From positions 544,001-608,000 of the forward strand of contig CAWETW010000003.1 of the NCBI GenBank assembly GCA_963812155.1: 64,000 nt of DNA, in the 5' to 3' direction. The translations under genes were made by a program, and so were the position numbers. The notes under the pieces were generated by a model. It did no database searches. It was not told the origin of the DNA and worked only from the letters and a program-made list of their open reading frames with translations. This document shows positions 39,363 to 49,651 of this stretch, one piece after another. Origin of the DNA: Vulcanimicrobiota bacterium. Its GTDB lineage: Bacteria; Vulcanimicrobiota; Vulcanimicrobiia; Vulcanimicrobiales; Vulcanimicrobiaceae. Numbering within the stretch: the first letter of the stretch is position 1; the number at the start of each line of letters is the position of its first letter.

Positions 39363-39815
39363 CTGACCTGTCCGACCTGCCGCAAGAGCGAAACGCGCGT
39401 CGTCGACTCGCGCGACGACGAGACCGTCGTTCGCCGGCGGCGCGAGTGTTTGGATCCCCGCTGCAAGCATCGCTTTACCACCTACGAGCGGATGGAAGCG
39501 CCGCGTCTCTTCGTCGTCAAGAAAGACGGCCGGCGCGAGCAGTACAACCGCGAGAAGTTAATCGGCGGGCTGCGTAAGGCGTGCGAGAAGCGGCCGATTT
39601 CCGAAAGTCAGATGGAAGCGGCCGCCGCCGACCTCGAGCGCGAACTCTTCGCGCGCGGCGAGAGCGAAGTGTCGTCGTCGCTGGTCGGCGAGAAGCTTAT
39701 GGAGTCGCTCAAGCAACTCGACCCGGTGGCCTATATCCGCTTCGCGAGCGTCTACCGGTCGTTTCGCGACGTCGAGAGTTTCCGAGAAGAGTTGGCGGCG
39801 CTGCTTGCCAAGTGA
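39363..39815 (+). CDS. nrdR: Transcriptional repressor NrdR (CTG start)
   Basis: (L)TCPTCRKSETRVVDSR..RRRREC..C..RFTTYE; ATP-cone; VAYIRFASVY; SD GGGAGA. Confidence 0.93.
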   Translation: MTCPTCRKSETRVVDSRDDETVVRRRRECLDPRCKHRFTTYERMEAPRLFVVKKDGRREQYNREKLIGGLRKACEKRPISESQMEAAAADLERELFARGESEVSSSLVGEKLMESLKQLDPVAYIRFASVYRSFRDVESFREELAALLAK

Positions 39816-39821
39816 ACCGCG

Positions 39822-40271
39822 ATGTCCGCCGTCCGCGTCGCATTCAAACGTCTTCCTGAAGGCGACGGCCTCCCCACGCCCGCGTACATGAGCGAACACG
39901 CCGCGGGCGCCGATCTCTTCGCGGCCGTCGCCGGCGACGTTACGCTGCCGCCGGGCGGTCGCGCGCTCGTTCCGACCGGGTTCTCGATCGCGTTACCGAT
40001 CGGGTACGAAGCGCAAGTGCGCCCGCGCAGCGGGTTGGCGATGCGCAGCGGCGTGACGTGCTTGAATTCGCCGGGGACGATTGACGCGGATTACCGCGGA
40101 CAGGTTTGCGTGTTGCTGGCAAACTTCGGGTCGGAGCCGTTCGTCGTGCGGCGCGGCGACCGCATCGCGCAAATCGTCGTCGCGCCGGTATCGCGCGCTG
40201 CGTTCGAGCCGGTCGACGAACTGCCGCCGTCGCGACGCGGCACCAACGGTTTCGGTTCGACCGACGCGTGA
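39822..40271 (+). CDS. dut: dUTP diphosphatase
   Basis: [35 protein letters not shown]. Confidence 0.96.
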   Translation: MSAVRVAFKRLPEGDGLPTPAYMSEHAAGADLFAAVAGDVTLPPGGRALVPTGFSIALPIGYEAQVRPRSGLAMRSGVTCLNSPGTIDADYRGQVCVLLANFGSEPFVVRRGDRIAQIVVAPVSRAAFEPVDELPPSRRGTNGFGSTDA

Positions 40272-41251
40272 AAATCTACATCGTCGGCAAAGGTGCGGTC
40301 GGCAATTACTTCGGAGAACTCCTGGGTTCGCTCGGGTTGGAAGTGACCTACGCTCCGCGCCGGCTGTCCGACGTGCAGCCAGGTTACGACGCCGACGTCG
40401 CGCTCGTGACGACCAAAGCGTACGATACCGATTCGGCGATCGAAACGCTGCGCCGCGCGATCGCGCATCCCGAAAAGTGCGTCTTCGTCTCACCGCAAAA
40501 CGGCGTCGGCAACGAGGAAAAGCTCGCGGCGGCATTCGGCGCCGACAACGTCGTCGCGGCGGCGCTCACGACGCCCGTCGGGCGCGATCGCGACGGTAAC
40601 GTGCGGCTTGCGAAAGAAGGCGGGTTGGCGCTCGCTCCGATGGGCTCCAATGCCTACAACTGGCTGGTCGCGACGTTTGCCGGCACCGGACTCAACGTGA
40701 AGGTGGTCGAGGATTGGCGGGCGCTCAAGTGGAGTAAGCTCGCGCTCAACGTCGTCGCCAATGCGAGCTGCGCGATCTTGAACGTGCTGCCGAACCGCCT
40801 GGTGCATTTCGAGAAGGTCTTTACGCTCGAGATCCGCATGATTCGCGAAGTGCGCGCGGTGATGCAGGCGATGAAGATTGCTCCGGTCGATTTGCCGCGC
40901 TACCCCGTGCGCGCGCTCTTCAACGTCGCGGTCTTGCCCAGCCCGGTCGCGCGCGGGCTGCTGACGCGAAGCATCGCCGGAGCGCGCGGAACCAAGGCGC
41001 CGTCCCTGCTGATCGATCTGCGCAACGGCGAGCCGCAAACGGAGGTGGACGTGCTCAACGGCGCGGTTGCCGCGGCCGGTCACGAACACGGCCTTCCGAC
41101 GCCCGTCAACGCCATCTACTGCCGCGTGCTCGACGACATCGCGCACACGCCCCCGTTGTGGGCGAAGTATCGCGAGCATCCCGAGCGTTTAGAAGCCGAA
41201 GTGGTCGCTGAGATGAAACGCGTGAAGACGCTCGCGCGCGCGAAGGCGTAG
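40268..41251 (+). CDS. panE: Ketopantoate reductase family protein
   Basis: [36 protein letters not shown]. Confidence 0.82.
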   Translation: MKIYIVGKGAVGNYFGELLGSLGLEVTYAPRRLSDVQPGYDADVALVTTKAYDTDSAIETLRRAIAHPEKCVFVSPQNGVGNEEKLAAAFGADNVVAAALTTPVGRDRDGNVRLAKEGGLALAPMGSNAYNWLVATFAGTGLNVKVVEDWRALKWSKLALNVVANASCAILNVLPNRLVHFEKVFTLEIRMIREVRAVMQAMKIAPVDLPRYPVRALFNVAVLPSPVARGLLTRSIAGARGTKAPSLLIDLRNGEPQTEVDVLNGAVAAAGHEHGLPTPVNAIYCRVLDDIAHTPPLWAKYREHPERLEAEVVAEMKRVKTLARAKA

Positions 41252-41262
41252 CTTCGACCGTC

Positions 41263-42120
41263 ATGCGCGATCCAAACGTTCCCGAATCGGTCGAAGGCTG
41301 GTGGATCCTCCACCGCATGTTTGCGCTCGACCGGCGCGCGTGGGACGCGCTGCCGGAGAAGCGGCGTAACAAGTTTGCAAACCACGCCGTCGATCTCGTG
41401 GATCACCTCAAGAACGGCGACGACGGCGACCTCGGCCTCACGCAAATCGTCGGGCACAAGGGCGACCTCATGCTCACGCACTACGCCCGCACGTTCGACG
41501 GCTTGGCCTACGCGCAGACGCTGGTCGATAAACTCGAACTGCGCGGGTTCTTGCAGCCGCTCGGATCGTACGTCTCGGTGCTCGAAATCGGCATGTACGA
41601 CGCGACCGGAAAGATTCACGCCGAGTTGAACGAGCGCGCGCTGCCGCCGCAGTCGCCGGAGTGGATCGCGGCGTTCGACGAACTCGTTCGCAAGCAGGCG
41701 GAGAACCCGTACGTTTCGACCCGGTTAGTCGCGAAAATACCGCAACGCCGTTACGCGTGCTTTTATCCAATGAGCAAACGCCGCGGCGAAGTCCAGAACT
41801 GGTACATGCTGCCGTTCGACGCGCGCGCGAAGATGATGAGCGAACACGGCGTCGTCGGGCGCTCGTACCACGGACGCGTCACGCAGGTCATTTCGGGTTC
41901 CGTCGGCTTCGACGACTTCGAATGGGGCGTCGATCTCTACGCCGACGATCCGCTCGTCTTCAAGAAACTCGTCTACGAGATGCGCTTCGACGAAGCCAGC
42001 GCGCGCTACGGCGAGTTCGGCGCGTTTTGGTCGGGCATCCAGTTCTCGCCGGCCGAACTGCCGGTCTTCCTCGACGGCGACGCCATCCCGCAGCTTACCT
42101 CAAACCCTGTATCATCCTGA
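41263..42120 (+). CDS. hemQ: Coproheme decarboxylase (HemQ/ChdC)
   Basis: GHKGDLML, CFYPMSKRR, NWYMLP, HG..GR.Y, KKLVYEMRFDEASARYGEFG. Confidence 0.9.
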   Translation: MRDPNVPESVEGWWILHRMFALDRRAWDALPEKRRNKFANHAVDLVDHLKNGDDGDLGLTQIVGHKGDLMLTHYARTFDGLAYAQTLVDKLELRGFLQPLGSYVSVLEIGMYDATGKIHAELNERALPPQSPEWIAAFDELVRKQAENPYVSTRLVAKIPQRRYACFYPMSKRRGEVQNWYMLPFDARAKMMSEHGVVGRSYHGRVTQVISGSVGFDDFEWGVDLYADDPLVFKKLVYEMRFDEASARYGEFGAFWSGIQFSPAELPVFLDGDAIPQLTSNPVSS

Positions 42121-42186
42121 GCCCTTCGACTTCGCGTGCTTCGCACGCTGCGCTCAGGACAAGGCTCCGGCGCGCAGTCGAAGGAC
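42112..42186. repeat. Nested REP-like repeat (inverted copy inside a forward copy); supplies the hemQ stop codon
   Basis: TCATCCTGAGC-[CCTTCGAC..GCTCAGGACA]-..GTCGAAGGAC. Confidence 0.75.
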
Positions 42187-42192
42187 GGCGCG

Positions 42193-42606
42193 TTACAACC
42201 GTTTGTAGTAAAAGATCTCCGGGTCGCCGGGGTCGAGATTATCGAGACGGCCGACCGGCTCGAATCCGCGCTCGGCGAGCAGACGCTGCATCGCCGCGTT
42301 CGATTCGTTGGTCGACGTGTAGATGGTGAGGCCTTGGTTGAGACGCTCGACGTTTTCGATGAGGTGCGATGCGACGCCGAGATGCTGGTGTGCCGGATCG
42401 ACGCCGAGCATCCACAGAAAAGGACGCGCGTAAAACCCGCGATCCCACACGGCGTATCCCGCGATCGCACCGTCCACGTCGGCAATCAGACATTCCTTGG
42501 TGCCGAGGGCGTGCCGTATGAAGGTCAGATGATGCTCGTAGTGCAGCGCGTGCGGCATCGTTTCGAGCAACGCGAGTTCAGAACGCTCCGCTTGCCTGAC
42601 GATCAC
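42193..42606 (-). CDS. GNAT family N-acetyltransferase
   Basis: VDPAHQHLGVASHLI; STNESNAAMQRLL; GTG start inferred. Confidence 0.8.
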   Translation of the reverse strand: MIVRQAERSELALLETMPHALHYEHHLTFIRHALGTKECLIADVDGAIAGYAVWDRGFYARPFLWMLGVDPAHQHLGVASHLIENVERLNQGLTIYTSTNESNAAMQRLLAERGFEPVGRLDNLDPGDPEIFYYKRL

Positions 42607-42705
42607 TGGAAGACAGTGCGTTCGAGAGGCGTATTTTTCATGAGGCGGTTCTTTCTCAAAGGCCTTACATCGGCGCCCTCCTTGCAAAGGGAGTCAATGC
42701 AAGGT

Positions 42706-44241
42706 TTACGCTACGGCGCCCAGACGCTCGAGGCTGCGATACTGGATTGCTTCGGCAACGTGCTCGGCTTGGATCGACGGCGTATCGGCGAGGTCCGCGA
42801 TGGTTCGAGCGACGCGCGCGATGCGGTCGAGCGCGCGCGCCGAGAACTGCCGTTTTGCGCTCGCAAGCGCGAGCAGTCGCATCGGCGCTTCGTCGAGCGT
42901 GCAGTACCGTCGCATCGCGTTTCCCGGGATCTCCGCGTTGCAGGAGAGGTTCGTTCGCGAGAAACGACCCTGCTGACGTTCGCGTGCGGCGAGCACGCGT
43001 TCGCGGATCTGGAGCGAGCGCTCGCCGCACTCGTAGCGCACCATGTCGTCGAACGGCACGCGAGCGAGTTCTATCTGCAGATCGATGCGATCGAGCAACG
43101 GTCCGGAGAGCTTCCCCACGTACTTCGCTACGGCAGCGTCGTCGCAGCGACATTCGGCGCCGCGCGTACCGCGATATCCGCACGGGCACGGATTCATCGA
43201 CGCGACCAGCTGAAATCGCGCCGGATACGTGAACGTTCCGGCCGCGCGGGCGATCGTCACGCGATGCTCTTCGAGCGGCTGGCGCAATACTTCTATGGCG
43301 CTGCGCGAGAACTCGGGAAGTTCGTCGAGGAAGAGCACGCCGTGGTGCGCGAGCGATATTTCGCCCGGTTTCGCGAGCGTGCCGCCGCCGACGAGCGCGA
43401 CCTGGGAAATCGTATGGTGCGGAAAACGAAAGGGACGCGCGCGGACGATGCCCGCTTTTGGTCCGAGTAATCCCGCCACGCTATAGATTTTCGTTACGTC
43501 GAGCGCTTCATTCGGCGTCATTGCCGGTAGAATCGACGGCAGACGGCGGGCCAGCATCGTCTTTCCGCAGCCGGGCGGCCCGACCAGCAGCAGATTGTGG
43601 CCGCCGGCCGCCGCGATTTCCAATGCGCGCTTCGCCGCGGCTTGTCCGCGCACGTCGACGAGATCGCCGTGTGGATCGGCAGCTGCGGCATCGACCGCCG
43701 GCACCTCGGTCCGCCGCCGCCATTTCGTGCCGTTGCCCCCGAGCACCGCAACGGCAGCACGCAGCGATTCCACCGGGTATAACTCGACGCCGTCAACTAG
43801 TGCCGCTTCCTCTGCGTTGCGTTCGGGAATGATGAGTTTTCGATATCCGGCAGCACGGGCGCCGAGAACCATCGGCAGCATGCCGCTCACCGGTTGGAGC
43901 GCGCCGTCGAGCGCGAGTTCGCCGAGCGCGATGAAGTCGCGGAGCGCGGCGCGGTCGATCTGCTCGTCCATTGCGAGCAGCGCCAGCGCGATCGCGAGAT
44001 CGAACGCCGGCCCGGCTTTGCGCACGTGCGCCGGGGCGAGGTTGACGAGCAACTTTCCCGGCGGATAGCCGAAGCCGGAGTTGAAGACTGCCGAGCGCAC
44101 GCGGTCGGCCGCTTCTTTCAAGGCGCGATCGGGAAGACCGATGATTGAGAAGTGGGGCGTACCCGGCGAACTGTCCGCCTCGACCCGCACGACGTAACCC
44201 TCGATGCCGAGCATGGCGGCCGAGAACGCCTGCGAGAGCAT
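42706..44241 (-). CDS. comM: ComM/YifB Mg-chelatase-like AAA+ ATPase
   Basis: GPPGCGKT, PGEISLAHHGVLFLDE, MNPCPCG, SGPLLDRID. Confidence 0.93.
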   Translation of the reverse strand: MLSQAFSAAMLGIEGYVVRVEADSSPGTPHFSIIGLPDRALKEAADRVRSAVFNSGFGYPPGKLLVNLAPAHVRKAGPAFDLAIALALLAMDEQIDRAALRDFIALGELALDGALQPVSGMLPMVLGARAAGYRKLIIPERNAEEAALVDGVELYPVESLRAAVAVLGGNGTKWRRRTEVPAVDAAAADPHGDLVDVRGQAAAKRALEIAAAGGHNLLLVGPPGCGKTMLARRLPSILPAMTPNEALDVTKIYSVAGLLGPKAGIVRARPFRFPHHTISQVALVGGGTLAKPGEISLAHHGVLFLDELPEFSRSAIEVLRQPLEEHRVTIARAAGTFTYPARFQLVASMNPCPCGYRGTRGAECRCDDAAVAKYVGKLSGPLLDRIDLQIELARVPFDDMVRYECGERSLQIRERVLAARERQQGRFSRTNLSCNAEIPGNAMRRYCTLDEAPMRLLALASAKRQFSARALDRIARVARTIADLADTPSIQAEHVAEAIQYRSLERLGAVA

Positions 44242-44295
44242 ATCGCGATGCTACTGCGCGGGCGGCTCGCGTCGGCTAGAGCGAGAACTTTTGCT

Positions 44296-44907
44296 CTACT
44301 GCAGCATCGTCTTCAGCGTCGCGCCGTTGAAGACGTCGAGATCCACGGCGCCGGTTATTCCATTGACCGTGCCGGCGTTGTCGTGCTGCCAGATAGTCCA
44401 ACCGCGCCATCCCTGCGGTAATGCGGGAGAAGGATCCCGATTGTACTCTGCGACCCACAGTGGATGGCCCGCAAACGCGTCGCTGCCTTGTATGTTGGAA
44501 CTCCAAAAATCCAAGTTCGTGTAGACGACCATGCGCCGTCCCTTCAGCGCCTTTTCGACGGTCGACGTGAATTGCGAAAGCCGGGTTACGAGTTCGGAAG
44601 CGTCGGAGATGCCGTCGGCCGTTTCGACGTCGACCGCCGGAAGCAAGTCGCCTTTCTGCGGTTTGGCCGACGCGAGAAAGTAGTGTGCTTGCGCGACCGG
44701 GTCGTCGCTAAAGTGAAAAAAGTGATAGGCGCCGCGGTGAATGCCGACCGATTTCGCAACCGGCCAATTGCGCGCAAACTGCGCGTCTTGGATGCTCGCA
44801 CCCTCGGTCGCCTTGATGAATGCGAAAGCGATCCCGGCGGCACGAACGGCATGCCAATCGATGTCGCCCTGCGCGTAAGAAACATCAATTCCCTTGAGAC
44901 CAGTCAT
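44296..44907 (-). CDS. Glycoside hydrolase family 25 (lysozyme)
   Basis: GIDVSYAQG, FIKATEG, GAYHF, DVE, WQH..VDLD. Confidence 0.92.
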   Translation of the reverse strand: MTGLKGIDVSYAQGDIDWHAVRAAGIAFAFIKATEGASIQDAQFARNWPVAKSVGIHRGAYHFFHFSDDPVAQAHYFLASAKPQKGDLLPAVDVETADGISDASELVTRLSQFTSTVEKALKGRRMVVYTNLDFWSSNIQGSDAFAGHPLWVAEYNRDPSPALPQGWRGWTIWQHDNAGTVNGITGAVDLDVFNGATLKTMLQ

Positions 44908-45056
44908 GGGTATTATTGCCCTCCGCCAACGCTTCTCAACAGCGATCGAACGAAAGTTCATGGTAACATCACGGAAGCGGCGATGCAACAAAAAAGACGG
45001 CGTCACACGCTGTACGGGTTGAGGTCTCGTAGCGTGGTCCGTCGTAGGAACGATCC

Positions 45057-46826
45057 ATGAGGCAAGCCGTCGGGGCCTTCGTCCTCGGTGCGGTCGTCTG
45101 CGCCTGTCTCTTGGCGACGGCGCAAACGCCGCCGCGTTATATTGTCGACAAAGACGTCACGATTCACCTCGACGACGGCGCCACGCTGTGCGCGATGGTC
45201 GTCCGGCCGCCGGGCGCGGCGCGGCGACCGGCCGCACTCGAGTTCACGATTTACGTGAGCCCCGAGCAAGACCTCACGCGACTCGAATACGCGGCCGGCC
45301 GTGGATACGCGGGCATTATGGTCTACGCTCGCGGAAAGAGCTGCAGCCCGGATACGATCGCGCCGTACGAGCACGACGGTCACGATGCCAACGGCGCAAT
45401 CGACTGGATCTCGAAGCAACCCTGGAGCGACGGCCAGGTCGGCATGATGGGGGGCAGTTACGACGGCTTCACGCAGTGGGCCGCGGCGAAATTCGCAAAC
45501 CCGCATCTAAAAACGATCGTGCCGATTGTTCCGAACAATCCGGGCAACGGCTTGCCCATGCAAAACAACGTGTTCTTACTCGCTAACTACGCCTGGATAT
45601 ACTACGTCACCGACAACAAAACGCTCGACGACGCGACGTATAACGATCCGAAGTGGAGAACGTTGCCGATGCGATGGTACCAAAGCGGGCGATCGTATCG
45701 GGACGTTGACGTCGTTGCAGGCATGCCCAATCCGTGGCTGCGCAAATGGCTGCAGCATCCGAGCTATGACGGTTATTGGCAGAGCATGAGCCCCTATCGC
45801 GGCGACTACGCGCGAATCAGGATTCCCGTGCTTACCATCGACGGATACTACGGCGATAGCACGGCGATCGGATACTTCAACGATTTCCAAAAGTACAACC
45901 GAGCGGCGCAGACCTACCTGGTTGCCGGGCCGTGGGATCACTTCGGATCGCAGCGCCGCCGCAAACCCGACGTCGTCCGAGGCTACCGGATCGATCCGGT
46001 AGCGCATATCGATGCCTGGAAGCTTACCTTCGATTGGTTCGATTTCGTCATGCGCGGCAAGCCGCGTCCGCCGCTCGTTCGGAATCGCGTGAACTACGAG
46101 GTGATGGGAGCAAATGCGTGGCGCCATGCCCCGTCGCTCGACGCGATGGGTACGCCGGAACGCTTCTATCCGACGACCGGACACGTAAGCCGCCGCTTCT
46201 ACCTCTTATCGCCAATGCCGCCGGCTGGCCTCGGCGCCCTGCATCAGGTGGTGAACCTCGCAGACCGGAAGACGATGAACAACGATTCCTATCCGTCTCC
46301 CATCCTCGATAGGGAGCCTGACCTCTCGAACGGCTGCAATTTTCTCACGCCGCCATTTCCCCGCCCGGAGGAGGTCAGCGGTCTCGACGGGGTCGTTCGT
46401 CTACGCGTGAACGCGCGCGATCTCGACGTCGGACTCGCCCTATACGAGATGTTGCCGGACGGACGGCTCTTTCAACTCACCTACGATACGGAGCGCGCGA
46501 GCTACGGCAGCGACATGAGCGCACGCCGGCTCTTGACGCCCGGAAAAGAGGCCACGGTTCCGTTCGATCAAGACGATCTTTTCAGCCGGTTGATCGGCAA
46601 AGGCAGCCGCCTGCTGCTGACGCTCAACGTGAATAAGAACCCGTTTGCCGAAATCAATTACGGTACCGGAGGCGACGTCGCAACCGAGAGCCTCGACGAC
46701 GCGCGCGCTCCGATGCAAGTGGATTGGCTCACGAGCAGTTACATCCGCCTGCGATTACGCGATCCGCGTTCGCAAACCGCGGCGGTGCCTGGCCGGGCAG
46801 AAGGAGAGGGCCGCGGCGGCCGGTAA
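45057..46826 (+). CDS. CocE/NonD family hydrolase (secreted)
   Basis: WISKQPWSDGQVGMMGGSYDG; GPWDH. Confidence 0.9.
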   Translation: MRQAVGAFVLGAVVCACLLATAQTPPRYIVDKDVTIHLDDGATLCAMVVRPPGAARRPAALEFTIYVSPEQDLTRLEYAAGRGYAGIMVYARGKSCSPDTIAPYEHDGHDANGAIDWISKQPWSDGQVGMMGGSYDGFTQWAAAKFANPHLKTIVPIVPNNPGNGLPMQNNVFLLANYAWIYYVTDNKTLDDATYNDPKWRTLPMRWYQSGRSYRDVDVVAGMPNPWLRKWLQHPSYDGYWQSMSPYRGDYARIRIPVLTIDGYYGDSTAIGYFNDFQKYNRAAQTYLVAGPWDHFGSQRRRKPDVVRGYRIDPVAHIDAWKLTFDWFDFVMRGKPRPPLVRNRVNYEVMGANAWRHAPSLDAMGTPERFYPTTGHVSRRFYLLSPMPPAGLGALHQVVNLADRKTMNNDSYPSPILDREPDLSNGCNFLTPPFPRPEEVSGLDGVVRLRVNARDLDVGLALYEMLPDGRLFQLTYDTERASYGSDMSARRLLTPGKEATVPFDQDDLFSRLIGKGSRLLLTLNVNKNPFAEINYGTGGDVATESLDDARAPMQVDWLTSSYIRLRLRDPRSQTAAVPGRAEGEGRGGR

Positions 46827-46837
46827 CGCGCCGCGTC

Positions 46838-48619
46838 ATGCATTTGACGCCGTTCGATTGGGCGATCATCGCACTCTCGCTCGGCGTGACGTTCGTTCCG
46901 GCAATCGTGCTGGCGCGCCGAGCGGGGCGCAACATCACCGAGTTTTTTGCGGCCGGCCGGCAGGCGCCGTGGTGGCTGATCGGGATCTCGCTGGTCGCCA
47001 CGACGTTTTCGACCGACACGCCGAACCTCGTGACCAATCTCGTGCGCGACGGCGGCGTCGCCGAAAACTGGGTCTGGTGGTCCTTTCTGCTCACCGGAAT
47101 GGCGACGGTATTCTTCTACGCGCGGTTGTGGCGGCGCAGCGGGGTGCTCACCGACCTCGAATTCTACGAACTGCGTTACTCCGGACGGGCGGCATCTTTC
47201 GTCCGCGGCTTTCGCGCCATCTATCTCGGACTGTTTTTCAACTGCGTCATCATCGCGAGCGTCAACCTGGCGGCGGTGAAGATCGCCGGCGTGCTCTTCG
47301 GCTGGCCGCGGCTGGAGACGCTGCTCGTGCTGGCGGTCGTGCCGATCGTCTTTGCGGCCACCGCGGGACTGTGGGGCGTCATGGTCACCGACATGATTCA
47401 GTTCTGCATCACGATTACGTCGTCGTTCGCGGCCGCGTATTTCGCACTGCGCGCGCCCGGTGTCGGCGGACTGCACGGTCTGATCGCGCACTTCAATCAT
47501 GCCGGTCTCACGCCGCTGTCGCTGCTGCCGAATTTCCACGATTGGCCGACGGCGCTGGCGATCTTCATTATTCCGCTCACCGTGCAGTGGTGGTCGGTGT
47601 GGTATCCGGGCGCCGAACCGGGAGGCGGCAGTTACGTCGCGCAGCGCATGCTGGCTGCGCGCACCGAGTCGGATGCGCTCTTCGGAACGCTTGCGTTTCA
47701 AGTGATGCACTACGCGCTGCGCCCGTGGCCGTGGATCGTCGTCGCGCTCGCGTCGATGGTCGTCTATCCATCGCTGCACGACATCGCCACGGCGTTTCCA
47801 TCGGTGCAGAAAGACCTGATCGGCAACGACGTCGCGTATCCGGCGATGCTCGTCTTTTTGCCGGCGGGATTCGCCGGCTTCATGGTCGCCGGACTTTTCG
47901 CCGCCTACCGCTCGACGATCGAAACGCATCTCAATTGGGGTACGTCGTACCTCGTTCACGACTTCTACCAACGCTTCTTGCGACCGCAAGCGAGCCAACG
48001 CGATCTGGTCTTGGCGGGACGCATCGTCACGGTGTTGCTGATGGCCGCGGGCGTCGGGTTCACGCTATTTCTCGTCACCGCCAAGGACGCGTTCGACCTG
48101 CTGCTCTCGATCGGTGCCGGCACGGGCTTGATCTATTTGCTGCGATGGTTTTGGTGGCGCATCAACGCCTGGAGCGAGGTGAGCGCGATGCTTGCATCGT
48201 TCGCGATATCGCTCGGATTTTTCATCGCGGGGAAGATGGGCCACGCCGCCGCGAGTACGACGATTTTGCTGTGGACCGTCGGGGTGACGACGGTGGTGTG
48301 GGTGGTGGTGACGTATGCGACGCCGCCGGTCGCCGCGACCGCGTTGGCCGCCTTTTACGCCAAGGTGCGTCCGGCCGGCCCGGGGTGGTCGCGCGTCCGC
48401 GACGAGGCCGGATTGCCGCCCTCGCCCGATTCGCCGGCCCAGTCGCTCCTCGGTTGGGTATTGGGATTGACCGCCATCTACGGCGCGCTATTTTCAACCG
48501 GAGAATTCGTCTACGGGCGTCCCGTCGCGGGAACGGTCTGGGCGGCGGTTTCTGCGGTGGGCATTGCGGGGTTGGTCGCAGTCGTCAGGCGTCTCTTCTC
48601 CACAGATTGCACAAGATAA
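46838..48619 (+). CDS. Sodium:solute symporter family protein
   Basis: FFAAGRQAPWW, ATTFSTDTP, YVAQRMLAA. Confidence 0.9.
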   Translation: MHLTPFDWAIIALSLGVTFVPAIVLARRAGRNITEFFAAGRQAPWWLIGISLVATTFSTDTPNLVTNLVRDGGVAENWVWWSFLLTGMATVFFYARLWRRSGVLTDLEFYELRYSGRAASFVRGFRAIYLGLFFNCVIIASVNLAAVKIAGVLFGWPRLETLLVLAVVPIVFAATAGLWGVMVTDMIQFCITITSSFAAAYFALRAPGVGGLHGLIAHFNHAGLTPLSLLPNFHDWPTALAIFIIPLTVQWWSVWYPGAEPGGGSYVAQRMLAARTESDALFGTLAFQVMHYALRPWPWIVVALASMVVYPSLHDIATAFPSVQKDLIGNDVAYPAMLVFLPAGFAGFMVAGLFAAYRSTIETHLNWGTSYLVHDFYQRFLRPQASQRDLVLAGRIVTVLLMAAGVGFTLFLVTAKDAFDLLLSIGAGTGLIYLLRWFWWRINAWSEVSAMLASFAISLGFFIAGKMGHAAASTTILLWTVGVTTVVWVVVTYATPPVAATALAAFYAKVRPAGPGWSRVRDEAGLPPSPDSPAQSLLGWVLGLTAIYGALFSTGEFVYGRPVAGTVWAAVSAVGIAGLVAVVRRLFSTDCTR

Positions 48620-48705
48620 CGTCGCACGCTGTGGACAACGAAGGCCCGCGTTCGGCCGTTGCCCAACCACCGTTTCGTGCTGAAAATCGCTATGGGGAGC
48701 AGCTT

Positions 48706-49642
48706 TTGACCCACTTTCGTATCGCCGCGGCGCTGGCACTCTGCGCCGTCGCCGCTTGCTCGCATGCTACGAGCGGCAGCCAGGTCGCTTCAGGTGCCAA
48801 GACGATCGGCGTGTCGATTCAAAATCGCGAGGCGCAGTTCTACCAAGACATGGAAGCCGGCATGCGCGCCGAGGCGTCCAAATACGGCTACAATCTCATC
48901 GTCGTCGACGCCAATCGCGATAACGCCAAGCAGCAGAGCCAAGTCGAAGACTTCATCTCGAAAAAGGTCGACGCCATCGTTTTGACGCCATACGATTCGC
49001 AAGCAATCGGCAGTGCGATCGTCGAGGCGAACGACGCGTCGATTCCGGTCTTCACCGCCGACATTGCCAGCACGAGCAGCCAAGGTAAGGTCGTCGCGCA
49101 TATCGCGAGCGACAACGTGCAGGGTGGTTTTCAAGCCGGAAAGCTGATCTGTCAGGCGGTCGGAAAGACCGGCACGGTCGCGATCGTGGACGAGCCGGAA
49201 GTAACCAGCGTGCAAGATCGCGTGAAAGGCTTCAAACAGGCACTCGCGCAGCTCTGTCCGGGCGTCACGATCGTCGCCGATGTGGATTCAGGCGGCACGC
49301 GGACGAAGGCCAGCAGCGACACCGGGCGACATCTTGCAGGCGCACAAGAATCTCGGCGGCATCTTCGGTATCAACGACGACTCTGCGCTGGGAGCGGTGA
49401 CGGCCGTGAAAGCTGCGGGCATGAACGGAAAAGTTGCAATCGTCGGATACGATGCGACGCCGGAAGCGCGCGCCGCCATCGCTTCGGGCGCGATGTACGG
49501 CGACGCGATTCAATCCCCCAAGAAGATCGGCGGCACGACGATCGACGTGATTCACGACTACTTTGCCGGCACGACGCCCGCGCCGGTCGTGAAGATTGCC
49601 GTCGGATCGTACACGAAAGCCGACGCCGCGAAGAATCCGTAA
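48706..49642 (+). CDS. Sugar ABC transporter substrate-binding lipoprotein (RbsB-like); frameshift ~49325
   Basis: Lipobox VAAC; QVEDFISKKVDAI; ASDNVQGG; GINDDSALGA..VGYD in the second frame. Confidence 0.88.
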
Positions 49643-49651
49643 AGCGTCGCA

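Noticed and set aside
44296..44907. GH25 lysozyme as a prophage remnant
   Set aside because: No holin, integrase or structural phage genes nearby.
48596..48705. Replication origin
   Set aside because: Only two imperfect DnaA boxes, no AT-rich unwinding element, and no dnaA/dnaN context.
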